NCBI RefSeq assembly: GCF_004010195.1
Contig: NC_057718.1
Coordinates: 101,218,629 to 101,282,628 of the forward strand
Direction: 5' to 3'
DNA from: Chiloscyllium plagiosum
Lineage: Eukaryota
DNA length: 64,000 bases
The notes below the pieces were generated by a model that saw only the letters and a program-made list of their open reading frames with translations, was not told the DNA's origin and searched no databases. Below are positions 24,936-38,139 of this stretch, piece by piece (position 1 is the stretch's first letter; each line of letters starts with the position of its first letter). Both the position numbers and the translations under genes were made by a program.

Positions 24936-26324
24936 CACAAGTAAAGGGGGACACCTTTATTTTCACTGCAGAAATTTGAAGAAAAAGAAGACTTCCCCCA
25001 CACAAAATACCCCAAGGTTCACCAACAGCCTGGAATGTATCGACACCTTGGAAACAGTGGACACACCCTTAGTATGGTGTTGGTTATTTAGTTTATGTCT
25101 GAGTGGGCATGTGGTTACTCCAACTCTGAAGTGAGTCAGTATCTGGAAAGGACCTGAAGTTGAAACTTCTCGTCACCAATTTCCCTTGTAAATGCTATTA
25201 GCACAGTTGGAGTTGTGGAATCCAGCATAAAGTCTGGTGTGTTTCCATAGTGTAGTCGACACTTGAATGTCACTTTCCATTACCAGGTTCATCATTCCCC
25301 TCCTATTTGCACATGCTGCCATCAGCCACGACCTTTGGAAATTTGAGGTAAAATCTTGGTGCATTTGTTGTCGTTAATTGTGGCAGGACTGTTGGAATTG
25401 ATCGTTGAAAACTCTTTGTCAATGAAGCTAGTTCTCCCAGTGTATGAAGCGATCCTGATGAGGTTATTCTCTACTGATAATCACAGCTGTGTCAAGAACT
25501 TCATTTGTCTGAACAGGAATTTTGCACGAGCTGTTTTATCACGTGTGGTCCTCCTCTCCTTTAAGAACCTTTATTTGTCTTTGTTGTTACTTAAGTCTCT
25601 TCCTAAAAGTTAGCTACTTTCTGCATCAGGCCCTGATGATACAACCCAGGGCATTGTCTGTTTTGTACAATCGAGGGAAAGTTGTCAGCCTCAGGAGTAA
25701 CAGTGAGGGAGCTAAGTGGCAGACCAGTGGTCCCAGACAATCCATCGGCTGTGACTCGCTCCTGAACCGCAAGTCGGGCTGTTTCAGTCCTGCGAGAGCA
25801 CAAGACATGGACACATTCCAAAGGGGTACTGAGGGAGTGCTGCCCTTGGCAGCAAGTGCAGGCTTCTGGGTGAGATGTTAAACCCTGTTCTGCCATCTCA
25901 GGTGGGACACACAATATCCCATGGCAACAGAAGAATGGAGGGAATTCCAGAGCTCATGAATAGGAAGGGTTTGGAGGGATATAGGTCAAATGCTGGCATA
26001 TGGAACAAGATTAGTTTAAGATATCTGGTTGGCATGGACGGGTTTATTACGCGATTACTCTATAGCATCCCTACCCTCTGAGCCAGGTGACCCGGGTTCA
26101 AGACCCACCCTGCCCCAGAAGTATGTATTAACACCTCTGAACAGGGTTATTATAAAATTTGTATCCTCAATCTCTCCCACTGAGCAGAGCTTGTTCCACC
26201 TAAATCAGGCACTACATTATTGCAGTGGACACACTTCAAAACAAAAGGCATTTACTTTTTTTTATTTAATCCACAGGTGGGACATGGACATTTATTATTC
26301 ATTCCCAGTTACCCTTGGCCATAG

Positions 26325-26870
26325 ATCAAACAGGAGGAGGCCATTCAACCCTTTGAGCTTGCTCTGCCATTCGATAGGAGCGTGGCTGATCCAAAATTCC
26401 TCACATCCACTTTCCTGCCCTTCCCCCACAACCCTTGACTCCACGACTGATCAGGAATCTGTTTATCTCGGCCTTAATTATACACAAGGACTCTGCCCCC
26501 ACAGCTCTCTGGGGCTAGGAGTCCCAAAGACTCTGAACCCTCTGAGAGAAGAAATTCCTCCTTTAGTCTGTAATTGGTGTCCCTTTATTCTGAGACTGTA
26601 CCCTCTGGTCCTAGACTCTCCCATGAGGGGAAACATCCTCTCAACGTTGACCCTGTCAAGCCCCTTCAGAATCCAATACGTTTTGACGAAATCACCCCTC
26701 ATTCCTCTAAACGTCAGTGAGTAGAGTCCCAATCTTTGCTCATAAGACCATACCAGGGATCATCCCAGTGAACGTTCACTGAATTGCCTATAATGAAACG
26801 GTAGCTTTCCTTAAATAAGGGACGAAAGTGCTCACAGTATTCCAGACGTTATCTCACCAGCACCTTGCAG
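26325..26870 (-). mobile_element. CR1 3' fragment
   Basis: GLYSL..RGMRGD..LKGLDRVNVERMFPLMGESRTRG. Confidence 0.9.
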
Positions 26871-26898
26871 TTTCAATACTTGGTAGCGAGTTGTAAAG

Positions 26899-27122
26899 AC
26901 TAGATTAGTGCTGGAAAAGCACAGCAGTTCAGGCAGCATCCAAGGAGCAGGAAAATTGACATTTCGGGCAAAAGCCCTTCATCAGCCCTTCATCTATTCC
27001 TGATGAAGGGCTTTTGCCCGAAACGTCGATTTTCCTGCTCCTCGGATGCTGCCTGAACTGCTGTGCTTTTCCAGCACCAGTCTGGACTCTGGTTTCCAGC
27101 ATCTGCAGCCCTTGTTTTTACC
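26899..27122 (+). mobile_element. PLE fold-back mini-element, family A2, with intact hammerhead core at 27000-27027
   Basis: 15-bp TSD tagcgagttgtaaag at 26884-26898 and 27123-27137; CTGATGA-a-GGGC-tttt-GCCC-GAAACGTC. Confidence 0.9.
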
Positions 27123-28264
27123 TAGCGAGTTGTAAAGCCATTCCCATGTCCTGGATTTGCAAAGGGCGCTATGAAAATGCACATTGTAAAGCTACCTTGC
27201 ACCTTGATTGTGTCCCCATGCCCCCTTTAGTTACTGCTGACAGGAAGGTGGAGACATTCTGCCTGCAGCAGTTTGATGTTTAATTGGCCAGGAAGTGAGC
27301 TGAGGCGCTGTCTCAGATCACCCGGGCGGGAGCAGGCAGGCTAGTCTTTTTCCCTTGTCCCAGTCTGGAGCTCCATGCCTGAGTATGCATCGAGATTGTG
27401 AAGAAGGTGAAGGTAGGTGGTGTGGGAACGGGCTCCATTACCACACGTGTACCTGCTCCCTCGGCAGAACGTAAGCTGATCCTATAATTGTCCGTAGAGG
27501 CAAGGCAGAGACCAGGGTTTCACTGCTATCAACATCATCGCGAGGGCCTTTCAGCTAATTCGATTGAAACGAATCAATTTTAATCAGAAAGAAAGAACAG
27601 AGGTACCATCTTCCAGATTATTTTCTTTCTCTCAGTTTGTGCTGTGGCACTGTGAGAAGATATTCAATGGAACAGTTTGATGGCCAGCAATAAATAAATA
27701 GGGTTGCAGTCCTCACTCATCTAGAACGATCAATATGCTGTCTAGCAAAGCGAGCTGCACCACAAAATTAATTGAATCTGTATTAAGTGAGCTGTTAGGT
27801 TTGCTTTCAACCTTTGACCTGAAAGATGTGTGCAGTTATGAACAGCGTACTGTGAATTTGCTGCTGCTGAAACCTCAGATCCAAAATCTGCATTGGGAAA
27901 TCGAAAACACACACACACATACAATATCACCGCCTTAAACTGCGATTCACTGTTCCAACATTCAGCGCTGTAAATCACAAATATTCTGTGACTTTCCGGA
28001 GGTAAATGAAGACATAGCCTGAAACCGTGAAATAAATTGAAGACTCCTGCATACCACCCATAAGGTTCCTTCTGAAGTTAATAGCATATTTGCAAGGTAG
28101 TAATCAGTCCACGGGTGGCATACTGTGGACAGTTCTCTGCCCCTTATCTAAGGAGGTTCTGAGGAGGGATCACCAGACCTGAAACGTTAACTCTGATTTC
28201 TCTCCACAAAGGATGCTAGACCTTCTGAGCTTTTCCAGCAATTTCTATTTTTGTGAAAGATACA

Positions 28265-28862
28265 GTGTGAAAGGCAGTCCAGAGAAGGCTGATCTTGGGT
28301 ATGGGCTTTTGCCCAAAACGTCGATTTTCCTGTTCCTCAAATGCTGCCTGACCTGCTGTGCTTTTCCAGCACCATTCTAATCTAGACTCTGGTTTCCAGC
28401 ATCTGCAGTCATTGTTTTTACCTTGGGTATGGACTGCCTAATGAGAAGAGGTTGGGCCTCTACTCATTGGAATTTAGAAGAATGAGAGGTGACTTTATTG
28501 AAACATCCGAGATTCTTAGGGGACTTGACAGAATAGATGCTGAGAGGTTGTTTCCTCCTGTGGGAGAGTCCGGGATCAGAGGGTGTAATCTCAGAGCAAA
28601 GTAAGACAGAGATGTGGAGAATGTCTTCTCTCTAAGGTTATGAATCTGTGGAATTGTGTCCCACAGAGGGCTGAGAGTGGGTCATTCAGTGTGTTCAATG
28701 CTGACGTAGACAGATTTTTAATCAGGAAATGAATCAAGAGTTATTGGGAAAAGATAGGAAGGTGGAACTGAAGATTTTATTCTTCATTGAACAATGATCT
28801 CATTGAATGGCCGTACAGAGCTGATTGGCTGAATGTCTATGTGCTCCTGTGTCTTATGGTCT
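28265..28862 (+). mobile_element. CR1 3' fragment with a single-arm PLE terminus (28305-28421)
   Basis: CR1 motifs tttagaagaatgagaggtgac; 11-bp TSD cttgggtatgg at 28294-28304 and 28422-28432. Confidence 0.8.
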
Positions 28863-29025
28863 GATTATTTTATCATTAGAGAGCGATAGGTCAGCACAGA
28901 TTCACACTAGATTCTATTCCAGACCAAATTGTGACATCGCATTGCTCTGAGCGCCAGAAAAAGAAATGCACACCTTCTCAACTCTCAACCTTTTTCAATG
29001 GCTTCAAATAACAGAGCCAGGGAGT

Positions 29026-29420
29026 CAGAAATGCGACAGGTGGAAAGAGGTCAAGGTGAGGGTGATAGGCCGGAGTGGGGTGGAGGTGGAGAGGTCAGGA
29101 AGAAGATTGCAGGTTAGGAAGGCGGTGCTGAGTTCGATGGATTTGACTGAGACAAGGTGGGGGGAGGGGAAATGAGGAAACTGGTGAAATCCGAGTTCAT
29201 CCCTTGTGGTTGGAGGGTTCCTAGGCAGAAGATGAGGCGCTCTTCCTCCAACCATCGTGTTGTTGTGGTCTGGCGATGGAGGAATCCAAAGACCTGCATA
29301 TCCTTGGTGGAGTGGGAGGGGGAATTGAAATGTTGAGCCACAGGGTGGTTGGGTTGGTTGGTCCAGGTGTCCCAGAGGTGTTCTCTGAAAAGCTCCGCAA
29401 GTAGCCGGCCTGTCTCCCCA
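29026..29420 (-). mobile_element. Penelope-like element fragment: GIY-YIG endonuclease C-terminal part and start of 3' UTR
   Basis: GETGRLLAELFREH..PVAQHFNSPSHS..EERLIFCLGTLQPQGMN matches PLE GIY-YIG motifs (GxT.R...RxxEH, vaxHF, ExxxI..P.GxN). Confidence 0.9.
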
Positions 29421-30413
29421 AGATTTTCTGTTGCCTCTAGTGCCATGGACACAACTACTGTACCAAGTGTAATAGACTAAGGACACACCTGACAGCCCAA
29501 AACTCCGCACCCATGAGGCATTGTGGACCAACAATAGCATGAGACTAGTATGCTGTCAGGATCTGTCATTTCATCGTCTGAAATATCCCTAACTCCTCCA
29601 TAACCGTTAAATCAGGAGATCAGTCTGGTGAAATGTGAAAGTTTTGTGAATAAATGTTGTAGCTGCAGGCTTTCTATAGACTATTGACTCAAAACCAAAA
29701 CTAACAAATCAAAATCTTTATGATGGGGGAATTTGATGTACTCAAATCTATCAGAAATTCTATCACAGACTTATCCTAAGTCCTTCTTGCCCACTCCTTC
29801 GCCCTCCGCAACCGCCCAAGCCTCTCATCTATAATCTCTTGCGCCCTCACCAAAGGTAATCAGTCTTTAAGACTTATTATACTTTTGAGATGAATGCCTG
29901 GTCATCTGTTTTTGGTTGAGGGGCACATTCTTCAGATCTGTTTGAATAATGCCATGGGGTTTGCCTTTTATATATGAATTGTAAAATAAGTCTTCTGCTT
30001 TCAAGATTTTGTTCAATTTTTTAAAAAAATGTCTGGAATTAATTTAACTATTCTCTGTTGCACCAGTTCCCTTTCTCTTCCTATCTGCTACATCCAAAAT
30101 ATCATTCTGAGAGAGCTGGAGCACCCATGACATTGCTTTACTTGACACATTTTGTAGAAAACTGGGTCAGCTTGTAGATGAGTGGAAATGCGCAGCAGCT
30201 CGTATTCTGGGTGGGAAGTCTTAGACCACTTATTTGAATTTTTAATGTTTAATTGGTAGAATGCATCAGCACTACTAATTGTACCAGTGATGTCGGTGTG
30301 AGATTATCAGTTTAGCAATTTTGGTACAACATGCATCATCTGAAAACTAAACTCCAATTCCTTCTCTATATTGTAGTATACATTACATTGCTTGAATGAC
30401 ACAAATCTAATAT

Positions 30414-30792
30414 TAGCTGAAAATGTGTTGCTGGACACCAGTTTCCTCATTTCCCCTCCCCCCACCTTGTCTCAGTCAAATCCATCGAACTCAGCACCGC
30501 CTTCCTAACCTGCTATCTTCTTCCTGACCTCTCCGCCCCCACTCCAGTCTGACCTATCACCCTCACCTTGACCTCTTTCCACCTATCGCAATTCCGACGC
30601 CCCTCCCCCAAGTCCCTCCTCCCTACCTTTTATCTTAGCCTGCTGGACAAACTTTCCTCATTCCTGAAGAAGTGCTTATGCCCGAAACGTCGATTCTCCT
30701 GTTCCCTGGATGCTGCCTGACCTGCTGCGCTTTTCCAGCAACACATTTTCAGCTCTGATCTCCAGCATCTACAGACGTCACTTTCTCCTCAA
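30414..30792 (+). mobile_element. PLE 3' end (family A) with a 21-bp inverted arm and hammerhead motif
   Basis: agctgaaaatgtgttgctgga, then a direct copy overlapping the reverse complement of ~29030-29185, then ctgaagaagtgcttatgcccgaaacgtc and the family A tail. Confidence 0.9.
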
Positions 30793-31590
30793 AGAGCCAG
30801 GGAGTACAAGGGCAAGGGGGTGATGTTGAATTTGTATAAGTCACTTATTATACCTCGGCTCGAGTACTGTGTACAGATGTGGGCACCACTTTATAGAGGG
30901 GATGGGAATGCGTTGAAGAGAGAGAAACTGGTCTCCAGGAATGGTTCCAGGGATGAGGATAGAGTGGAGAAGTTGGCACTTTTCTCCTTGGACAGCAGAA
31001 AACAGAGAGGGAGATTTGAGTGAAGTTTTCAAAACCATGAGTGAATCGAATAGAGTAGATAAGAAGCTCTTTCTACTTGTAAAAGGAACAAGAATGAGAG
31101 GGGTGTAGATTTCAAGTAAAAACTGAGAGTACTGCGGATGCTGCAAATCAGAAACGAAACCAGAAATTGCTGGAAAAGCTCAGCAGGTCTGGCAGCATCT
31201 GTGGAGAGCAATCAGAATTAATGTTTCAGGCCAACAACTCTTCCTCAGACAGTTCTAAGGAAGGGTCACTGGACCCAAAACGTTAACTCTGATTTCTCTC
31301 CACAGATGCTGCCAGACCTGCTGAGTTTTTCCAGCAATTTCTGGTTTTGTTTCTGATGTAAAGTGATGTGCAAACGAAGCAATATTGATGTGAGAAAAAT
31401 CTTCTGGCTATGGAATGCATTGGTTGGAAATGTTTTGGTGGTTGATTTGATTGGGGCATTCAAGAGGGCATTTGATGATGATTTGGATAAAAATGGTGTG
31501 CAGTGACACGAGGGAAAGGGCAGGAGATTGCCACTAGGGGATAGAATGGGTGCAGTCACAATGGGCTGAATTGCCTTTTTCTGTGGGTCT
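30793..31590 (+). mobile_element. Old CR1 fragment with nested family C hairpin (~31115-31356)
   Basis: MLNLYKSLIIPRLEYCVQMWAP; hairpin arms aaattgctggaaaagctcagcagg / cctgctgagtttttccagcaattt. Confidence 0.8.
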
Positions 31591-32629
31591 GTGAATTCTC
31601 AGAACAATGCAACTTTCTTGCCCAACCACAACCTCGTTTTCTTCATCTCGAATGACTGTTGCCTCGTTTTGGTTTTGGCTGGATGCCCATTTTCTCCTTG
31701 AACCCCTGGATGGTTTAGCAATGGGAAATGGAGCTGTTCACAACAGGGTAGTGTGATGTGTATAACAGAGAGCAGTACACCGATGTCTGTCAGGCATTTG
31801 CTGACTGCCAGAGACAGATTCAAGATAATAACCTGTCAGACATTTGCCGTTTCTGGTTTAAGAAACTATAGATTGAATTCCCAGAATCACACTTGGGGTT
31901 GAGGGATTATGCTGAGTTTTTCTTCAACACGCTGGTCCTCACAGGCAATTCTGTTTTAAACTGCTTGTCATCTTGTGCATTGGTGGAATTCAATGAGGCA
32001 GTGATAATGCAGAGTCCAGCAGCCGCAGTACAAAGCTTCCTTTGAGGAGTAAACAAAGGGTGTCGTTTTACCCCTGGCTTAGTTAACAGATGGCTGCTTA
32101 ATGCAAGCAATTGAAATTGCATTGTCTCTGTCAGAAATATTTGTTTCCTCACAGCAGAATCACTATTGTAAGTGTGTGAATTGATGTCTATAAAATTTTG
32201 GGTGGCTTTTTCTATTTAAAAAAATACTAATTTGATTAAATGTGTGTGTTTGTACCGTAACATTGGACACCCATTAAGCATTGTCACTCTTGTATTTTAA
32301 AGTTACATGTCATGTTGTGTAATTGCGGTAACGTTCCTAGAGCTCTGTATTTCAGTGCGGACACAAGCTGTGTGTGGCTGCAAGTGATTATACAGAATTT
32401 GATGGTGTCTGTCTTAGTCCTTTTTGTTTTACAGTTATAAATCCTCTCCCGATTCCCTGGACTGGACTGTTAGCTGCAGGCTTGGCTCATTTATCTGTGT
32501 TTATCTAATGTAGCTCCTTTTTAACTAGCCCTACAACTAATTTACATTAATTCACGAACCCACTCAACTGGTCTTCCTGGATCTTGAGAGTTTAAGTCCT
32601 AACCCAGGGACGAGTATGCAAAGACCAGG

Positions 32630-32800
32630 TTGACGGGTACAATGGCAACATTTAAAAGGCACCTGTTTGGGTACATGAATAGGAAGGATTTAGAGGGATG
32701 TGGGCAAGTGCTGGCAAATGGGACTAGGTCAGATTGGGATGTCTGGTTGGCATGGACTAGTTGGGCCAAAAGGTCTGTTTCCGTGCTGTATAACTCCATG
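32630..32800 (+). mobile_element. CR1 3' end
   Basis: ggtacaatggcaacatttaaaaggcacctg...gtttccgtgctgta. Confidence 0.85.
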
Positions 32801-33704
32801 CATTACTGATGGTTCTGTCGTTCAAACATTAAACCAATGCGTCCCATCCCACCCCAGGTGGGGGTTAACAATACTGTGAAGAATGAGAGAGTTATCCCTG
32901 GTGTCCTCGTCAATATTTCTCCCTGAATGAACGTGCCAAAAAATTCCCATATTATAAGATTAACAACACGATACGTGGAAAGTAGTCGCAGACGCAGGCC
33001 ATTCAGCCCATTGAGATTCATCTACCATTCAACACAATCACCATCTCAACACCATATTTCTGCACTGTATCCCCCACACTCCCCCAAGAGACTTGAAACA
33101 AAGATAGAAATTGCGAGAGAACCTCAGCAGGTCTGGCCGCATCTGTGGAGAGAGAAACAGAGTTAACATTTAGAGTCCAGTGACCCTTCTTCAGAACAGA
33201 TCCTCTTCTAAGATCATTGGCTGTAAAGTGCTTTGGGATGTCCCAGAATTGTGAAAAATGCAACAGAAAAGCAAGTTCCTTCTTTCTTTTCCAAGTAACC
33301 CAAAATGACAGAACTATGGGAGAAGTTACAATGGGTTGCTGACGTACTGTATCTGTAGGTGCAAACTCTGTATCTTACTTTTGTCCATACACATGACCTG
33401 AACATGCCTAATGCTGTGACTTTAATGTGACAATCACAGCGACAGCAATTCCATCACTAACATAGATTAAGACAAAGAACTTGCTGACGTTAATAATAAT
33501 TATGATCGTTGAGACCAGGTAAGGATATGTTGTCTAATTTTCATGTTTTCCTCTTCCTCATTTGACCACAACAGATTTTGAATTTTGGAAAATTACTGAA
33601 TCATCTATTCAGTATGTAATTAACCATGTGCAGTTTGTAAAATTATAACCAGATGGGTGCTCTTGATTTGAATATGATAAGAGCCAACTTGATTATGCTA
33701 AACT

Positions 33705-34600
33705 CCACTCAGGTAAAAAAAAAGATAAAAGTGTACAAACACACCTTACTTTAAATATATGTATACTTTATGTGCATGTGATTCACACACTCACTCTCAG
33801 GCACAAACGAACTCACACACATACACTTGCACACACAGATTCACAGTTGCACACAGCCACACACTCACTCATGCACACTAACTCTCACAAACTCACTGAC
33901 TCTCTCATACACATATACACTCTCTCTCACTCACCCACATACATGCACTCATTCTCACTTGCACACAGTCACATACACACATATATTCTCACTCACACAC
34001 ATATGCACACACGCGCTCACTATCATTCAAAAACTCTCGTGCACGCAGACATGCTCACTCACTATTTTACACACACATATGTGCACACACGCTCCAGTCA
34101 GGTAAAAAAAGGATTCAAATAAACAAACACACCTTCATTTATGTGCATGTGAGCTACACGCTCACTCCCAGGCACACACTCTCTCTCATGCACGAACTCC
34201 CACATACACTAACTCATGCGTACAAACTTGCACTCACACTCACTCCCACTCTCAAATATACTCTCAACATATACACTCACACACATACACTTGCACACAC
34301 GCATTCACTCTTGCACACAGCCACATACTCACTTGTGCACACTAACTCTCACAAACTCACTAACTCTCTCTCATACACACACTCACTCTCACTCACACAT
34401 GTACACATACTTTTCTCACTCTCACAGTCACTCACACATATACACACACACACTCACTATCATTCAAATATTCTTGTCCACGTAGACACACTCACTCATT
34501 ATCTTACACACATACATGCACATGTATATGCACATACACATATATATATACACACATGCACACACACACATACATCTATACACAAACACACACACCCTCA
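33705..34600. repeat. CA-rich low-complexity region made of two diverged ~390-bp tandem units
   Basis: tcaggtaaaaaaa...acaaacacacctt...tatgtgcatgtga recurs at ~33709 and ~34098. Confidence 0.8.
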
Positions 34601-35242
34601 AATTCTAAGCTGCATCATTACATGATATCGAAGGCTCAACTTGGCGAAGTTAAAATAGCACATTTCAAAACAACATAGTGAGCCAAGATCCACTGATTAT
34701 GTCCACAGACGTAGATCTTTCCAGCTGAAATAATTGGTTTGAAGTTGTGGCTGATATATCTTTGTTCTCCTGGAAAACACTGTTGTAAAATTCCAGTGGT
34801 TGTTAGCAGAGCGTCCACCTGCTGTAAAACTATCGGTGCACTCCTCTTTCTCAGCAAGACAGGGTTCAAAGCTCAGATGGTGTGCTGAGACAGAGACAGC
34901 AAGAGAGCTCACTACAACTCACTACAGCTGCTCAAGTCTGAACTCAAACTTTCATGCAAATGACTATATCACATGGTCTGTGTAGGTTGGCTTTACTTTT
35001 GAGAAGACAATTGATAAAGTTGCGTCTATTCTAGCTTCCTTTTAGCCACTGCAATAGCCAAAGTGTTTAATTTTTAAATTCCCAGCAAAATAACTCCTGC
35101 ATGATCCTCCATCATGCTGAGATAACCAGGGTGCCATTGTTTGCTCTGGGATTTCCATAGACTTTTTGTCTCCTTGAGACAGAGTGCAGCTTCACAGATG
35201 GAAATTAGTAGAACAATGCGATTCAGTCATCATGTTTGGGTA

Positions 35243-35462
35243 AAGGTAGTCCCTGGGTTGCGAATGGTCCCATTCTCGAGTCCATTTGCAATTCGTCAAT
35301 TGTACACAAGTCGGAACACAATGCAGGACAGTATAAAATAGCTGTTTCTAAGTACAGGAAACGTGCGTATGTCAGATCTTTAAGATTACACCCTGTATGG
35401 GATTGTGTTTGTAAATATGACTGTTCAAAGGTAAGGTGTTCATGAATAGGGGACTGTCTGTA
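35243..35462. mobile_element. Tigger/pogo-like MITE
   Basis: aggtagtccct ... ggggactgtctg-TA inverted ends; related to 1751-2219. Confidence 0.6.
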
Positions 35463-35545
35463 TTCAGGTGCATCTGCCCCTTGTCTGAACTTGTTGTGCC
35501 CTTACATAACAGTGGATGTCAATTAACCTGCCAATACTTAGAGAT

Positions 35546-35705
35546 AGACAAGTTGGCATTTCAGGTGGAAGCCTTCTACTGAAGAAGGGTTACACCCGAA
35601 ACATCAGACTTCTCCACCTCTCGACGCTGCCTGGCTTGCTGTGTTCTTTCAGCCTCCTGCTTATCTACTTTGGATTCCAGCATCTGCAGTTTTTTTTTTG
35701 TCTCT
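35546..35705 (+). mobile_element. Diverged PLE terminus insert with hammerhead-like core
   Basis: ctgaagaagggttacacccgaaacatc; 13-bp TSD aatacttagagat at 35533-35545 and 35706-35718. Confidence 0.75.
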
Positions 35706-36419
35706 AATACTTAGAGATTTCTGCCCCAGTCTCTCTGTATTGGCGGCTTCTAAGCAACATAAGGGGGAGCAAGGGCTGGAAAAAAAAGCAACTGAGCTAC
35801 AGGCGCCAGTGCATGGCACAGAAGTGTGAGTGGGCGAAACATTGCAAGCAGGCAGAGGAAAGGCATTTGGAGTGAATTTGTTGAGCAGCTTTGTGGGAAA
35901 TCTCCTGTGGAGGCTGGAACACTTCACAGGCAGCTACACAACAAAACATGTCAGTGGATGTGTTCTTTATACAATTGTCACGATACAATACAGATGTTTC
36001 GACTTGACGATCCCAACAAACATACCAGGAATTGCTACTCGTTAGACCCCATTGTCTGGAAAAGGACTTAAAGCTGCTTTATAAATCTTCAGAAGTAGCT
36101 CGACAAACTTTCAGTTATGTTCCTTCCACAATCCAGTAAGTGCTTTCCTAGACATTGGAATTTTATTGTAGTAACCTCACTGTATAATAGAAATCTTTAT
36201 TATGTTCCAAGTTTGGGTCATTCTGATTGAGCGTAGGTGTTCTAATTCCATTCGGAAAATAATATGGATACAAATCAGCCACTGCCCCAGCCAGCCTCTT
36301 GGGTTTGAAGAGACCGATGAGTCCTGTTCAGTTTACTTGGCATGGGTGAGTTGGGCCGAAGGCATCTGTTTCCATGCTGTATGACTCCATGACTTGCTTC
36401 CATTAAGGATGGCTGGGTT

Positions 36420-37070
36420 TTGAGGTGCCTGATAAATGTAAAGTGCATAATTCTCTGAAATTTGTGTCACACATAGACAGGGTGGTTAAGAAGGTATTTG
36501 GCACACTTGCCTTCATTGCTTTGTCCTTTTGAGTATAGGAGTTGGGATGTCATGATGTCATTGTACAAGAAGTTGATGAGGCATCTTTTGGAGCACTGTG
36601 TCCAGTTCTGGTCGCCCTGTTACATTTTTTTAGATTAGACTCCCTACAGTATGGAAACAGGCCCTTTTGCCCAACAAGTCCACACCGACCCTCCAAAGAG
36701 TAACCCACCCAGACCCATTTCCCTCTGACTAAAGCACCTAACATTATGGGCAATTTACCTGACCTGCACATCTTTGAATTGTGGGAGGAAACCAGAGCAC
36801 TCGGAGGAAACCAATGCAGACACGGGGAGAATGTGCAAACTCCACACAGACAGTCTGGAATCGAACCCGGGTCCCTGGCACTGTGAGGCAGCAGTGCTAA
36901 CCACTGAGCCACTGTGCTTTCGGAAGGATATTATTAAACCTGAGAGGGTTCAGAAAAGATTTACCAGGATTTTGCCGGGATTGCAAGCGTTGAGATATAA
37001 AGTAAACTGGATAGATTGGGACTCCTTTCACTGGAGCGTAAAAGGTTGAGGGGTGACTTTACTGAGGTTT
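36420..37070 (+). mobile_element. CR1 ORF2 fragment with nested HE1 SINE (36630-36917, minus)
   Basis: gacagggtggttaagaagg, tccagttctggtcgccct, RKDIIKPERVQKRFTRILPG. Confidence 0.85.
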
Positions 37071-37354
37071 AACATGGGATCCACAGCTGAACTGTAACTG
37101 GAGGACATTGGAAACACCTTTGCGATGTTCTCAAAGCACCCATGGAGAGGTCAAACATTCCCAATGTGTGGAGGGAGGTGTTGGCATCTTACCCACAAAA
37201 ACAAAGAACGTTCATTTGGGAAGACAGTGGACAGATGAAGGCACTCCACCAGAAATGTGCAGATGGTGAGCCAGGCCGTCAGAGGGTTTGTGTGCAAACA
37301 ACCAACCATCCATTTACCCAAACACCAGGGGCACCATCTGCCCCGCATGTGGCA

Positions 37355-37570
37355 TAGAGTCATAGTCACAGAGTCACACAGCATGGAAACAGACCCTTCG
37401 GCCCAGCAAGTCCATGTCGACTATGATCCTAAACTAAACTAGTCTAACCTGCCTGCGCTTGGCCCATATCCCTTCAAACCTTTCCTACTCATGAACTTAT
37501 CCAAATGTCTTTTAAGTGTGAGAGTCCTCTTTCTCTGGCAGTTCATTCTACACACAAGCCCCTCTCTGTG
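37355..37570 (-). mobile_element. CR1 3' end
   Basis: atagagtcatag..cagcatggaaacagacccttcggccc. Confidence 0.8.
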
Positions 37571-38139
37571 ATGGTGGAATCATCAACAGAGTCTTAATCC
37601 AGACACCTGGGTAGTGATCTGGTTTGAATGCTGCCATGACAGAGGGTGGAATTTATGTACATAAATACCTGAAATTAAGATGGCCACAATATTGTTGTCA
37701 ATTCTCAGAAAAAAAGTCTCAGTCTGGTTCATTTATCTCCTTCAGGGAGAGAAATCTTATCCAGTCTGGTCGACATGACCTACAGTGTCATTTTGAACTT
37801 GAAGCATCATTTTGAAGAAGAGAAGAAAAATTCTTTCTCTACTGTTCAGACAATATTTACCCCTCAGTTATCAGTAATTAAAAAAAATTATTTGCTAGTG
37901 ACCATTTTGCTGTTTATGGGAGCTTCCTGTGCACAAATTGGCTCCCTGCATTGCAACGTTGAGAGTCTTTCATCAGTTGTCAAATACTTTCACACGTTGA
38001 GGTTCCAAACGGCTCTATATAAATATGTGTCCTATCTTTCCTTGTGGGTCAGCTCCCTCAGTAATGGAAAAATCATTGTGTTGAGAGTGGCATTTACTAT
38101 GTTCTGGTTTACGTTTGGAGTGAGAACACTTCGGATAAG

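Noticed and set aside
26029..26724. 231-aa plus-strand ORF
   Set aside because: Largely antisense to a CR1 fragment and crosses repeat boundaries; no recognisable domain
33772..34625. His/Thr-rich ORFs (also 6975-7286, 58020-58355)
   Set aside because: Translations of CA/TG low-complexity repeats
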